A stretch of DNA of 64,000 nucleotides from a virus, in IMG/VR virus record IMGVR_UViG_3300045988_122072, positions 1-64,000 of that record; one strand, given 5' to 3'. The position numbers were made by a program, and so were the translations under genes. This document shows, piece after piece, positions 39,039 through 47,820 of this stretch (position 1 is its first letter; each line of letters starts with the position of its first letter). A model generated the notes under the pieces. It worked only from the letters and a program-made list of their open reading frames with translations, ran no database searches and was not told where the DNA came from.

Positions 39039-39752
39039 TCACTTCACATTTTTATTGTACCATCGCTTTTGCCTCTCTCTATTAATCAATTTGTTATGCT
39101 CTGTTTGACATTTTTCACATCTACAAATTGCTGTTGCCAATGGATTAATAACTACATCAATTCCACAATCAATACAAACAATCACTTTATTTTGAGCTGG
39201 CGCACGCTTTCTGCAATCTTCACATCTTTTAATTTTATTAGAATATGGGATCTTCTTAGTATGAGATTTGTTCCACTTTAATTTAATTTCAAATAATGCT
39301 CCGCATTGTGAACACTTTCTTATGGCAGGATCTCCATTGTTAAATCTTTCTTGATATTTTTCAAAAGACTGCTCTTTATGCCTTCTTCTTATTGTATTTT
39401 GCATAGAAGAAATTTGCTTTAATATAGAAGATTTAGAACGAATATGATTCTCTCCGCCAGATTTTAAATTATATCCCTTATCTGGATTTGTAGTTTCTAA
39501 TTTTTCTATTAATAATTCTTCAAAATGATTAGCTTCTTCCTGAGTTAAATTTGAAGCAATGACTTCATGCTCAAAATTATCCCAACCATATTTTTGAATA
39601 GCATGATAAAAATATGAAGATAATTCATACCCTAATCCATTGCGCCAACGTTTATTTGGATCGTCTCCATATTTCGTTTGTCCAACATATTTTTTTTCAT
39701 TTATCTTATTAATATGCATATAAACACAATAAGTATCATTGTAAATTTCCAT
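39039..39752 (-). CDS. GIY-YIG homing endonuclease (free-standing) with C-terminal Zn-ribbons
   Basis: YCVYMHINKINEKKYVGQT..RWRNG..HAIQKYGWDNFEHEVI..EEANHFEELLIEKL..GYNLKSGG. C-terminal Zn-ribbons CSQCG..CEDC..CIDCG..CRCEKCQ. Confidence 0.8.
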   Translation of the reverse strand: MEIYNDTYCVYMHINKINEKKYVGQTKYGDDPNKRWRNGLGYELSSYFYHAIQKYGWDNFEHEVIASNLTQEEANHFEELLIEKLETTNPDKGYNLKSGGENHIRSKSSILKQISSMQNTIRRRHKEQSFEKYQERFNNGDPAIRKCSQCGALFEIKLKWNKSHTKKIPYSNKIKRCEDCRKRAPAQNKVIVCIDCGIDVVINPLATAICRCEKCQTEHNKLINRERQKRWYNKNVK

Positions 39753-40635
39753 TATCACTCATTGCAACCCTCCTATTTTTCATCATCGCATTTCTCTGAT
39801 ATTCTAACTGCTTTTGATGTTGGCATTCTTCACATCTACAACTTCTCTTATTAGAAGATGCTACAATAAAATGAGTTCCACATTCAATACATTCAATTTC
39901 TTTAGTACCCATTGGTTCATAATTTTCTCTATGAATACCGCAATATTGCATAGCATTATTTCTTACACGGAACCATCTTCCGCACGCCTTACATCTTTTA
40001 TATCCACCATTTTTATAATTCAAAAATGCATAAGCAAGTTCCAAATAATCATATTCATCAAGCGTAAGAATAACTTCGCCCTCATCATGATCTACAAAAG
40101 CGGCAGTCAAGGCATTATAACCTATGCTAAAATTCTGTTTGAGCAATCCTTCCTTATATGCAAACCCAAAATATAAATCTCTATCTTTAGCTGGAATAAC
40201 AACCCTTGCAAACTTAAATATTTCAGAAGTCTTTGCATAGAATGTATCATTATCTCTTTGACTTTCGGCATTTTGATATTTTGCTAATGCTAAAATGACA
40301 AATGCAATTTTTTCTTTCCTTATATCATTTAAAGACATAATTTTGTCCATTTCTCTTTTTGTAATATTAATAGTATTTACATCTTTAATTTTATATTTAT
40401 AAGCCTTATTAATATCCTTATTAATGGTATTTATATACCCCTGATACATAAAACCATTATAATTTTGAGCCATAAAGTCAACAATTTTCCAAAATACATC
40501 ATTCTTATCTGCAGGATTTAATTGTGTATAATAAATTGCTGCATTCCAAATTGCTTGAGTTATACTAACTCCATCAATATTTTTATCCTCTATAATGCTA
40601 TAAATCCTACTTTTTTCATTAAAATTAAATCTCAT
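39736..40635 (-). CDS. Hypothetical protein with C-terminal double Zn-ribbon
   Basis: 299 aa. Its C-terminus CKACGRWFRV..CIECGTHFIV..CRCEECQ parallels the C-terminus of the adjacent GIY-YIG protein. Confidence 0.7.
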   Translation of the reverse strand: MRFNFNEKSRIYSIIEDKNIDGVSITQAIWNAAIYYTQLNPADKNDVFWKIVDFMAQNYNGFMYQGYINTINKDINKAYKYKIKDVNTINITKREMDKIMSLNDIRKEKIAFVILALAKYQNAESQRDNDTFYAKTSEIFKFARVVIPAKDRDLYFGFAYKEGLLKQNFSIGYNALTAAFVDHDEGEVILTLDEYDYLELAYAFLNYKNGGYKRCKACGRWFRVRNNAMQYCGIHRENYEPMGTKEIECIECGTHFIVASSNKRSCRCEECQHQKQLEYQRNAMMKNRRVAMSDNGNLQ

Positions 40636-43456
40636 CTATAATTTCACCTCCAATTCTAATAGTTTTATTAGAAAATTTCGTACCACAACAACAAAAATCT
40701 GCATTTTCACTCTTTTCTGGATATGTAAGAGTATTATCATGTTTTTCTAACATATTTTTAATAATTTGAGTACCGCAAACATCCCAAACTATAGTTTTAC
40801 TCATTTTCCCAGTATAACAAATATCTAATAAAATATCACAAAGAGACTCTTCATTCGGGCAAATAGACGTCATATCTTCTATGAGAGTTTCGAGAAGTCT
40901 GTCTTTGTCCTCTAATAATATCTTTCTTTCTTCTTCATTATTAATTTTTCTACTATTTAAAGCCTTCAAATTCATTAAATAATGCTCGCACAAACCTTTT
41001 ATTTCTGCATAAGAGCTTCTTCTTACATTATTTTTTGATTTATAAATACTATAGTCAAATTCTAATTCTTCACAAGAAAAATTTCCGTCAAATTTCTCTT
41101 CTATTTTTCTACAAATACGATTCATAGTAGAAGGAGACATATCAATAGGGCATTTTGCAGAACAATATTGAACAAATTTAGCCTCATCTTCACTTAAATT
41201 ATCCATTTTTAGCATATCTTCAAACGAAATACCATATAGACCAATTGATTTTGAATTAACTTCTTCAATAAATTTTTGATAATTAATTCTTTCTGTATCG
41301 TAGTTATACATAAAGAAATACGGCTTTTTATTTGCACAAATTGTTTGATTAAATGCTTTTTTCTCTTGAATTTCCTCAGAATCATCAGGCTTTATGATAT
41401 TTGCGCCATATTGATACCATTCTTTTGGCATCGGAATAGGTAAAATCCCCTTTGCTTTATCAATTTCTCTTTGTTGCAGTGCTTGACCACATTGAGTTCT
41501 ATATCTTAATGTTTCATATTCTTTACTATTTGGGGCATAATTTGCCATCAAACTTGTCATTTGTGTAATTTTATTTGTTATGGAACCAATTTTACTGCCA
41601 AATCCAGCCTTATTTGAAGCAATTATATCCTCTTCTTTAACTACTTTTTTAGGAGCCTTTGTCTGTATACAATTCAATGCAGGAAGATTAGTTTGTCTTC
41701 TTATCAATGACACATTATTTGTTGTAAATAATAAATCACCATCAAAATCAAAGCCATTTAATGCAGCGGGCATTGTGTCCCACCCATTTACAACTATACA
41801 AGTATCAATATATTGAAACCAATCAAGAGCTTTTTTATCTTTACATATATTTTGAGCAACTATAGAATGAGCATTACTCATTGGAGCTCTAAAACAAAGA
41901 ACTCTATCTACGCCTTCATCATACCAATATTTACTATAAATTTCACCAGCCTTTAAAATTCCATGTGGTTCCAGCCCAAACATACTTTCACAAAGGGCAT
42001 ATAAATCCCCAGAAAGGATTTGGAAGTTCCCATGCAGATCCAAAACGCCAATTTTAGCATCTTTTATTCGTCTATTTATCATTTTTTTGATTTTTGAGCG
42101 AATATAAGGATCATTTATAGCAATTTTATCAATCATAAGCGCTTTTGCAATATTTTCAGCAAAGATTACATTTTTCTCATTTAATCCCTTGCCACATAAA
42201 TATGCAACGCTTTTTCTTGGATCTAACTCCATAATATCTTTAATTTCATTAACTGTTAGTGCAATAAGCTCATCTATATCATCATCTGTAAGGTCTAAAG
42301 ACTGTATAAATTGATAATTTAATTGCCTTATATCATCATTTTCTTCTTCAGATGTCTTTGTAACTCTTAAAGTATAATGATTCGCAATACATTTTTCATA
42401 ATAATCTTCCCATGAAGAATAACTGCCGCACAACTTAAGCTGGCTTTCAGTTAATATTAAATCAGCATCGCGTATATCTCTTTCTTTCCCCCAATAATCT
42501 TTAATTAAATACTTTTCTGGATGTTCTGCAGACGCACCAATAATTTCTTCTGCGAATCTAATAAAATCAAAAGTAAGAGCCATGCCTTTTGTAAAAGCAC
42601 AACGCATATTACATCCGCTCATTGTATGTTCTGAGTTTCCATTTAGCTCTCCATTCCACCTTTTAGACAAGTGGGGGAGCATCATTGAACATCCATCCGA
42701 CATATTATTTTCAAAATCTTCATTATGTTTTTCTGTTACTTTTGGTTCTACCGTTGGATCACTGTCATCTATTTCAATAAAATTCGTCTTAAAATGAACA
42801 ACACAGTCTTTTACAACAATAATGCCTCCGGGAATATTACTTTCACGAGATCTAGGCCAGCTAACTGGGATTGATGCACTAGCGGCAAGTGATTCATAGG
42901 CTCCATACTTAGCAGGAGAGAGCTTTACATCTGTATTTCTGCCATTTGCTATGCGTCTCTTTAACTCATCATGAATATTTACACTTTGCCCATTGTACTC
43001 AACGAATCTATCTGCGGCATATACAACACTGGATGTTTTTACTCCATTGGTAGTGCAAATCAATCTTTTATATGCAATTCCATTTACTTTAAACCCTTTA
43101 TTTGCTCTATCATAATCAGACTTTTTATCAAAAACCACACATAAATAGTCCTTTTTGAACTGTAAATCATATAATTCTGTATATTTTTCTGAAACTTTTT
43201 TCTTATTGTCATCACTATTTGGCTGTTTTTTAATTTCTTTTATGTCTTTTTTAATTTGTTTTGCTCTTGAATCATAATCCTCGGTTCCATTTAGCTCATT
43301 AATCCAAGTTAAAATTTGCGAATCAGCCAAAGAAACAACAACCCCAGGAATTTTTCTTGCGTCTGACAATGGTAATTCTAATTCCCAATTATTTTGCTTG
43401 AGCAGACTTGAATTAATTTTATATATATACTGTTGTGTTTTTTGCTGTTTTGCCAA
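40625..43456 (-). CDS. YonO/RdRP-like single-subunit two-barrel RNA polymerase
   Basis: Metal-binding loop NGFDFDGDLLF is encoded at 41735-41749 (gat ttt gat ggt gat). It is preceded by VLCFRAPMSNAHSIV. N-terminal barrel motifs are NMSDGCSMML and MRCAFTKGMALTFD. There is no ATG near the 5' end; the likely start is TTG 43456, 7 nt after GGAGG. Confidence 0.75.
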   Translation of the reverse strand: MAKQQKTQQYIYKINSSLLKQNNWELELPLSDARKIPGVVVSLADSQILTWINELNGTEDYDSRAKQIKKDIKEIKKQPNSDDNKKKVSEKYTELYDLQFKKDYLCVVFDKKSDYDRANKGFKVNGIAYKRLICTTNGVKTSSVVYAADRFVEYNGQSVNIHDELKRRIANGRNTDVKLSPAKYGAYESLAASASIPVSWPRSRESNIPGGIIVVKDCVVHFKTNFIEIDDSDPTVEPKVTEKHNEDFENNMSDGCSMMLPHLSKRWNGELNGNSEHTMSGCNMRCAFTKGMALTFDFIRFAEEIIGASAEHPEKYLIKDYWGKERDIRDADLILTESQLKLCGSYSSWEDYYEKCIANHYTLRVTKTSEEENDDIRQLNYQFIQSLDLTDDDIDELIALTVNEIKDIMELDPRKSVAYLCGKGLNEKNVIFAENIAKALMIDKIAINDPYIRSKIKKMINRRIKDAKIGVLDLHGNFQILSGDLYALCESMFGLEPHGILKAGEIYSKYWYDEGVDRVLCFRAPMSNAHSIVAQNICKDKKALDWFQYIDTCIVVNGWDTMPAALNGFDFDGDLLFTTNNVSLIRRQTNLPALNCIQTKAPKKVVKEEDIIASNKAGFGSKIGSITNKITQMTSLMANYAPNSKEYETLRYRTQCGQALQQREIDKAKGILPIPMPKEWYQYGANIIKPDDSEEIQEKKAFNQTICANKKPYFFMYNYDTERINYQKFIEEVNSKSIGLYGISFEDMLKMDNLSEDEAKFVQYCSAKCPIDMSPSTMNRICRKIEEKFDGNFSCEELEFDYSIYKSKNNVRRSSYAEIKGLCEHYLMNLKALNSRKINNEEERKILLEDKDRLLETLIEDMTSICPNEESLCDILLDICYTGKMSKTIVWDVCGTQIIKNMLEKHDNTLTYPEKSENADFCCCGTKFSNKTIRIGGEIIDEI

Positions 43457-43480
43457 ACGCACCGCCTCCAAACCACAAAA

Positions 43481-43720
43481 TTATTCGCCAACTTCTCTTA
43501 TTTCATAACAATTTTCACAATATTTATTACCATTTTCAACTTCTACATATGTTCCACAGAGCCAGTCATTACATCCATCACATTTATATGTTTCTGCATA
43601 GGCTCCACCACAAGATGGGCACCCATCCCATTCTTCATATGGAGGGGAGTCCAAACCGTGTGTTTCTATCCAATGTTTAGGCTCGTCAAAAACACATCCA
43701 CAATCCAAGCAAATAAACAT
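43481..43720 (-). CDS. Small Zn-ribbon protein
   Basis: CLDCG..CPSCGG..CDGC..CENC; the start is probably ATG 43720. Confidence 0.6.
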   Translation of the reverse strand: MFICLDCGCVFDEPKHWIETHGLDSPPYEEWDGCPSCGGAYAETYKCDGCNDWLCGTYVEVENGNKYCENCYEIREVGE

Positions 43721-43741
43721 AATTATCACCACCATCCAAAA

Positions 43742-44086
43742 TTACTCAACCGTCATTGTCATAAGATTTCCATTTTGATCTGAAATGCCAATAAAACTTA
43801 TATTTGTCGTTAATGATTTATTAGATATATAACTTGCAACCTTACCATTATGAGAATAACAATCAACCGTATCTGTTGACATTTCAATTGTATTCAATAT
43901 TGGTTTTACTAATTGAGTAATATATACTTGTTGGCCATTCATATTTGTACGTATTTTCAAATAAAATAGTTCACCACTTTCAAAATCAACGGCACTCATA
44001 TCATAATAAGAAGTCCCACAATACGGGCATTTATTCTTATCAATATCATATGGAGCTCCGCAATTAGGGCAGTTTCTTCTTCGCAT
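43742..44086 (-). CDS. Small protein with N-terminal Zn-ribbon
   Basis: CPNCGAPYDIDKNKCPYCG; AAGGAG SD before ATG 44086. Confidence 0.65.
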   Translation of the reverse strand: MRRRNCPNCGAPYDIDKNKCPYCGTSYYDMSAVDFESGELFYLKIRTNMNGQQVYITQLVKPILNTIEMSTDTVDCYSHNGKVASYISNKSLTTNISFIGISDQNGNLMTMTVE

Positions 44087-44097
44087 CAAACCACTCC

Positions 44098-44394
44098 TTA
44101 ATAGGCTGCTTCTTCTTTAATAAATTTTAAAATTTCTTTTGCGCAACCATCATCATCTGTATGGCACTCAAAGCATCTAAACGTAGTCGCACAATCATGA
44201 TATACGAGCTTAGAAAACCAAGATGCAAGCTCTTCATCAGACATAGAACGAAATTTATCACCATTCGTCATTGGAACTTCAATTTCACCAGTTCCATTAC
44301 ATTCAAAACATTTTTCACTCCAGATGGAGCAACTATTAAATTTTGAAATAAAACCATGCCCATCACAAGCAGGGCAATTAATTTTCTTTTTCAT
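44098..44394 (-). CDS. Small protein with DnaJ-type CxxCxGxG Zn finger
   Basis: CPACDGHG...CFECNGTGE. Confidence 0.65.
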   Translation of the reverse strand: MKKKINCPACDGHGFISKFNSCSIWSEKCFECNGTGEIEVPMTNGDKFRSMSDEELASWFSKLVYHDCATTFRCFECHTDDDGCAKEILKFIKEEAAY

Positions 44395-44402
44395 AATTCA
44401 CC

Positions 44403-44798
44403 TCAACCAAATTGATATTCTACATGACCGCATCTATCACAACAATATTCATATTTCGCAGGATAAGAAGTTAGCACTACCATTTCATTGCGACGCATAC
44501 CGCCTTTATGACATTTAGGGCAAATATACTTTGGTTCTGACCATTCTTGTGGATAGCACATAGAATCTTCAATAAATTTACGATATTCATCCGCAGTAGG
44601 GAGCCCTGTATTTAATTCACTCACAGATACATCACCGGTATTTTTACAATAAATAATTTGCAATGTCTTCATATCAGTGGTCGTAGTAGTGGTTACAGTC
44701 TTATTAATAGGAAAATCATTATTCTGACAATTCTCACAAGGGTTAATGATACTCCAATATGGCCCGTTATATGGACAATTCTCACATAATTTATTCAT
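44403..44798 (-). CDS. Cys-rich small protein
   Basis: 131 aa; CENCP..CENCQ..CPKCH..CDRCG; GGAGG SD. Confidence 0.65.
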   Translation of the reverse strand: MNKLCENCPYNGPYWSIINPCENCQNNDFPINKTVTTTTTTDMKTLQIIYCKNTGDVSVSELNTGLPTADEYRKFIEDSMCYPQEWSEPKYICPKCHKGGMRRNEMVVLTSYPAKYEYCCDRCGHVEYQFG

Positions 44799-44803
44799 AT
44801 ATT

Positions 44804-44902
44804 TTACCTCCGTATATTTTTTAAATTATTTTTATCAAAACGGTTAATAGCGAAAAGTCCTACAATAAATGCTAGAACAATCACGCATACTTCTAAAGAC
44901 AT
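44804..44902 (-). CDS. 32-aa hydrophobic peptide (single predicted TM)
   Basis: GGAGG lies 8 nt before ATG 44902. MSLEVCVIVLAFIVGLFAINRFDKNNLKNIRR. Its stop overlaps the SD of the next gene. Confidence 0.5.
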   Translation of the reverse strand: MSLEVCVIVLAFIVGLFAINRFDKNNLKNIRR

Positions 44903-45031
44903 AATAAAACCTCCAAAATTTAATCATTATACAATTGAAATACAATACTAATTTAAATATCAATACATGCACCCATGAGTTTATACTATTAAAATTTTCA
45001 TTTGAATTAATATTGTATTGTAATAAAAATA

Positions 45032-45304
45032 TTACTTATTTCTGCTTGCCTGTAGACGAGCGGCAATTGCAGCCCTTTGCTCATCTGATAGATTTACCTG
45101 CTTAGGAGGAGAAACCTTAATCCAAGACTTAGGCACCTCAAACTTCGACATTTCATCTGAACTACGAATAACATGAATATCCGGATTCACACCAACAAGT
45201 TTATTAAGCTTATTTTTCAAAGCTTTGTTGAAAGTATAAACAGAAGCAGTCTTTTCTTCTTCGTTAAAATTAATAATTGTTTCGCGTTCATAAGATGTTA
45301 ACAT
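45032..45304 (-). CDS. Small hypothetical protein
   Basis: 90 aa; GGAGG SD. Confidence 0.65.
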   Translation of the reverse strand: MLTSYERETIINFNEEEKTASVYTFNKALKNKLNKLVGVNPDIHVIRSSDEMSKFEVPKSWIKVSPPKQVNLSDEQRAAIAARLQASRNK

Positions 45305-45345
45305 AGATATACAACCTCCATTAATATCATATTATTCTTACTTCT

Positions 45346-45771
45346 TTAATCCCACAACGAAAAGAAGTATTCGCTAAAGAGTTTAAAAAACTCATTTTTA
45401 GCATTTGTCTGTGTTTCATATTCTGTTTTCCAATCCATATTGTCATAAATTTCATTATTTTCGTCCATTTTATCAAGAAGGTCAATCATTTTATCAAGGA
45501 TAGTATCATATGCCTTTTCATTTTCTTCACTCCATGTTTCGTAATCATTGAATTCAACAACACATGGACTACCGAGTCTATTATGACGATAATTTATTAA
45601 AATCTCTCGCATCATATCTATAAAATATGCAAAGGTTTCCCATTTGGCAACAGGAGAGTAGCCATGCTTGAGCGTAAAGAAAATGCGTTTAAAAAGAATA
45701 TGGATATCTCTGAAATTTTTCCAGAAATACTTACCACGGTACATAAAAAGGCCACAAGTAATTTTATTCAT
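45346..45771 (-). CDS. Hypothetical protein
   Basis: ATG 45771 lies 7 nt after GGAGG; the ORF-track start 45777 is TTG. Confidence 0.65.
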   Translation of the reverse strand: MNKITCGLFMYRGKYFWKNFRDIHILFKRIFFTLKHGYSPVAKWETFAYFIDMMREILINYRHNRLGSPCVVEFNDYETWSEENEKAYDTILDKMIDLLDKMDENNEIYDNMDWKTEYETQTNAKNEFFKLFSEYFFSLWD

Positions 45772-45773
45772 AG

Positions 45774-46094
45774 TCAATCCTCCATTTTACGCATATCATC
45801 ATTGAACCTCTTTTCTGTAGCTTCAACATCTGCCAAAACATCCTCTTTTGTCTTACCAAGCTTCTTGATGGTGCGTTCAATTGTATCTTTGGCCCAAACT
45901 GCTAGATTGTCCCAGCCAACGCACCAAACAATACCTACAATATCACTATAAGGCTCTAGACCTTCTTTCAAACATTCTTCACAATAAGCAGAACTGCAAG
46001 AACTTAGTGTAGATGCCGCAACGGCCACAGGAGCTTCCTTACCACATACTTCACAAGTGCCCATATGGGCAACATCATTAAATGTCTTTTTCAT
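45774..46094 (-). CDS. Small Cys-containing hypothetical protein
   Basis: 106 aa. Confidence 0.6.
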   Translation of the reverse strand: MKKTFNDVAHMGTCEVCGKEAPVAVAASTLSSCSSAYCEECLKEGLEPYSDIVGIVWCVGWDNLAVWAKDTIERTIKKLGKTKEDVLADVEATEKRFNDDMRKMED

Positions 46095-46185
46095 TATAAT
46101 TCAACCTTCCCTTATCAAATTTAATTTCTCCATGTATGTTTTTGTCTCTTAGATTCTTTAGTTCATCAGCATCAATTGGGCGCAT
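46078..46185 (-). CDS. 35-aa ORF, possibly a fragment of the neighbouring paralogue family
   Basis: GGAGGG lies 7 nt before ATG 46185. MRPIDADELKNLRD resembles MRLIDANELRD of 46189-46437. Confidence 0.35.
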   Translation of the reverse strand: MRPIDADELKNLRDKNIHGEIKFDKGRLNYNEKDI

Positions 46186-46188
46186 TAG

Positions 46189-46437
46189 TCAGCCCTCCAG
46201 TTCACCATACTTGCAGAAAAATTCTGAATCGTCTGGGCATTTCGTTTTGAGCACCCAGCAGTAGATATAATATTCTCCTTCATCATGATATTTGCAGTCC
46301 TTACACCGTACTACAGGTACAGCATCTACGGTAGGTGCTGTATCAATGCAATAAAATGTCGTTTCCTTATCATCATATTCACCGAAGTGTTCATTCTCAA
46401 TAGTGTCTCTTAGCTCATTAGCGTCAATCAGCCGCAT
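46189..46437 (-). CDS. Small Cys-rich protein (IDANEL / VPVVRCKDCK family)
   Basis: ATG 46437 follows GGAGG. MRLIDANELRD..APTVDAVPVVRCKDCKYH. Confidence 0.6.
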   Translation of the reverse strand: MRLIDANELRDTIENEHFGEYDDKETTFYCIDTAPTVDAVPVVRCKDCKYHDEGEYYIYCWVLKTKCPDDSEFFCKYGELEG

Positions 46438-46723
46438 CACCGTCACCTCCGTCCATCTTCGCGCCGCATCGCCAGCAATATCCGCCTATAATTGCCGTAT
46501 GCGGGTTTTCGTGTGCACCGCATTTTGAGCACTCAAAATATTTGCCCACAGGTACCGTTTTCTCAATCCACCGCCCATGTCTCACCGGGGCCACATCGGC
46601 AACGGGTGCATTTTTAATTCGCTGGATTGCGTCTTCTGTTCTATCTCTTTGATATGGATATTCGACAGATTTCAGCCATTCAAATTCTGCAAGCAACGCT
46701 TCCCGATCTATATATTCAGGCAT
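46424..46723 (-). CDS. Small Zn-ribbon protein (DVAPVRHGRW family)
   Basis: YIDREALL..ADVAPVRHGRWI..CSKCG..CWRCGAKMDG; start uncertain (46738, 46732 or 46723). Confidence 0.6.
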   Translation of the reverse strand: MPEYIDREALLAEFEWLKSVEYPYQRDRTEDAIQRIKNAPVADVAPVRHGRWIEKTVPVGKYFECSKCGAHENPHTAIIGGYCWRCGAKMDGGDGDAAD

Positions 46724-46991
46724 TATATTCATCTCCATCCATTTTTGCGCCGCAATTGGGGCAGTATGACGACCTTACTTTATTTTTTCTATTACACCAA
46801 GCGTAATCTTCCTTGTATACTTTTTTATGACAAATTGAACAATATACCCCCGCATTCGAGCAATCGGTTAACGATATCCAATGTCCATGTCGTACCGGAG
46901 CAACATCAGTTATAAATGAATTCATACAAGAATAGCAGACTTGTATGCCTTCTGGAATAATTTCTCCGCAGCATACGCAACGATTCTCCAT
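46716..46991 (-). CDS. Small Zn-ribbon protein (DVAPVRHGHW family)
   Basis: CVCCG..TDVAPVRHGHWI..CSICH..CPNCGAKMDG; GGAGG SD. Confidence 0.65.
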   Translation of the reverse strand: MENRCVCCGEIIPEGIQVCYSCMNSFITDVAPVRHGHWISLTDCSNAGVYCSICHKKVYKEDYAWCNRKNKVRSSYCPNCGAKMDGDEYNA

Positions 46992-47004
46992 ATTTAAGCA
47001 CCTC

Positions 47005-47247
47005 CTATAATTTTGTATTGTTATTAAAATATTTTTCCCAAGTAGAAGTAGGGCAGTCTAGATAATTTAGATCAATGTCGTCATTCCATTCAACTTGTGG
47101 CCCAGTCTGTTCATCTGCAAAATGACAAACACAATTTACAGCAACACCATCTAATGCATCTTGCTTGATTAGAGTCTTAATTTCGTCCAGAGATAGGTCG
47201 TCTTCTAGGTCGCAGACATATAACGTCATTTTATAAAGTTGTGCCAT
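47005..47247 (-). CDS. Small acidic hypothetical protein
   Basis: ATG 47247 follows GGAGG. The ORF-track start 47289 would overlap the promoter. Confidence 0.6.
   Translation of the reverse strand: MAQLYKMTLYVCDLEDDLSLDEIKTLIKQDALDGVAVNCVCHFADEQTGPQVEWNDDIDLNYLDCPTSTWEKYFNNNTKL
47008..47016 (-). promoter_or_regulatory. ACAAAATTA box
   Basis: AATACAAAATTATAGGAGG lies directly upstream of the SD of 46716-46991 and overlaps the last codons of 47005-47247. Confidence 0.35.
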
Positions 47248-47262
47248 TTTCTGTACCTCCAT

Positions 47263-47271
47263 TAATTTTGT
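47263..47271 (-). promoter_or_regulatory. ACAAAATTA box
   Basis: GTACAAAATTAATGGAGG lies between the -10 at 47278-47283 and the SD of 47005-47247. Confidence 0.35.
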
Positions 47272-47277
47272 ACTGTT

Positions 47278-47305
47278 ATTATAACACATTTTCCCAATTT
47301 GTCAA
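47278..47305 (-). promoter_or_regulatory. Consensus sigma-70-type promoter
   Basis: Minus strand TTGACA (47300-47305), 16 nt, TATAAT (47278-47283). Confidence 0.7.
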
Positions 47306-47309
47306 TAGG

Positions 47310-47672
47310 TTATAGCTCATCAAAATCATCTTCCTGTAGTGCTCTTTGTACAGTTCTTAGACTACAGCCAAGCGCATTTGCGATTTCTTGATTATCCATG
47401 CCCTGTTCATTTAGTTCTTTAATTTTGTCACTTGAGTATTTTGGCTGCCTTCCTTTTGCTTTAAGGGCAGAATTATATCTTTCCTTTGCTTTATTCATAC
47501 TGCACTCAATAGCTCCTTTAATAATTGCTTGAATCATTGGATCGTCTGTAGTAATTTCTCCAGATGTACCAAAAGACATAATTTGCCATAAAATTTCTTT
47601 TGCAGTAGTTTCATCAAAACCCTCTATCAATGTTCTCCATTTGCCATAGAATACAAAATTTTCATATTCCAT
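47310..47672 (-). CDS. HTH DNA-binding protein (first gene of the minus arm)
   Basis: 120 aa. C-terminal NQEIANALGCSLRTVQRAL is a helix-turn-helix. GGAGG SD. Confidence 0.7.
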   Translation of the reverse strand: MEYENFVFYGKWRTLIEGFDETTAKEILWQIMSFGTSGEITTDDPMIQAIIKGAIECSMNKAKERYNSALKAKGRQPKYSSDKIKELNEQGMDNQEIANALGCSLRTVQRALQEDDFDEL

Positions 47673-47689
47673 TTTTCACACCTCCTCAT

Positions 47690-47698
47690 TAATTTTGT
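47690..47698 (-). promoter_or_regulatory. ACAAAATTA box
   Basis: AAAACAAAATTAATGAGGAGG lies in the leader of 47310-47672. Confidence 0.35.
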
Positions 47699-47710
47699 TT
47701 TGTTGAGTGG

Positions 47711-47739
47711 ATTATATCATAGGATGTAAAATTTGTCAA
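47711..47739 (-). promoter_or_regulatory. Consensus sigma-70-type promoter of the minus arm
   Basis: Minus strand TTGACA (47734-47739), 17 nt, TATAAT (47711-47716). Confidence 0.75.
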
Positions 47740-47820
47740 GACATAAATGACAAAAACTTTTGTCGTTGTCGCGACATAAATGACAAAATAGCGACAGACA
47801 ACGACGACACGACATAAAGT
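47740..47820. repeat. Iteron-like boxes GACATAAATGACAAAA x2 plus a partial third, with a flanking imperfect inverted repeat
   Basis: Exact 16-mers lie at 47740-47755 and 47773-47788. GACATAAAGT lies at 47811-47820. GTCGTTGTCGC and GCGACAGACAACGAC flank the second box. Confidence 0.7.
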
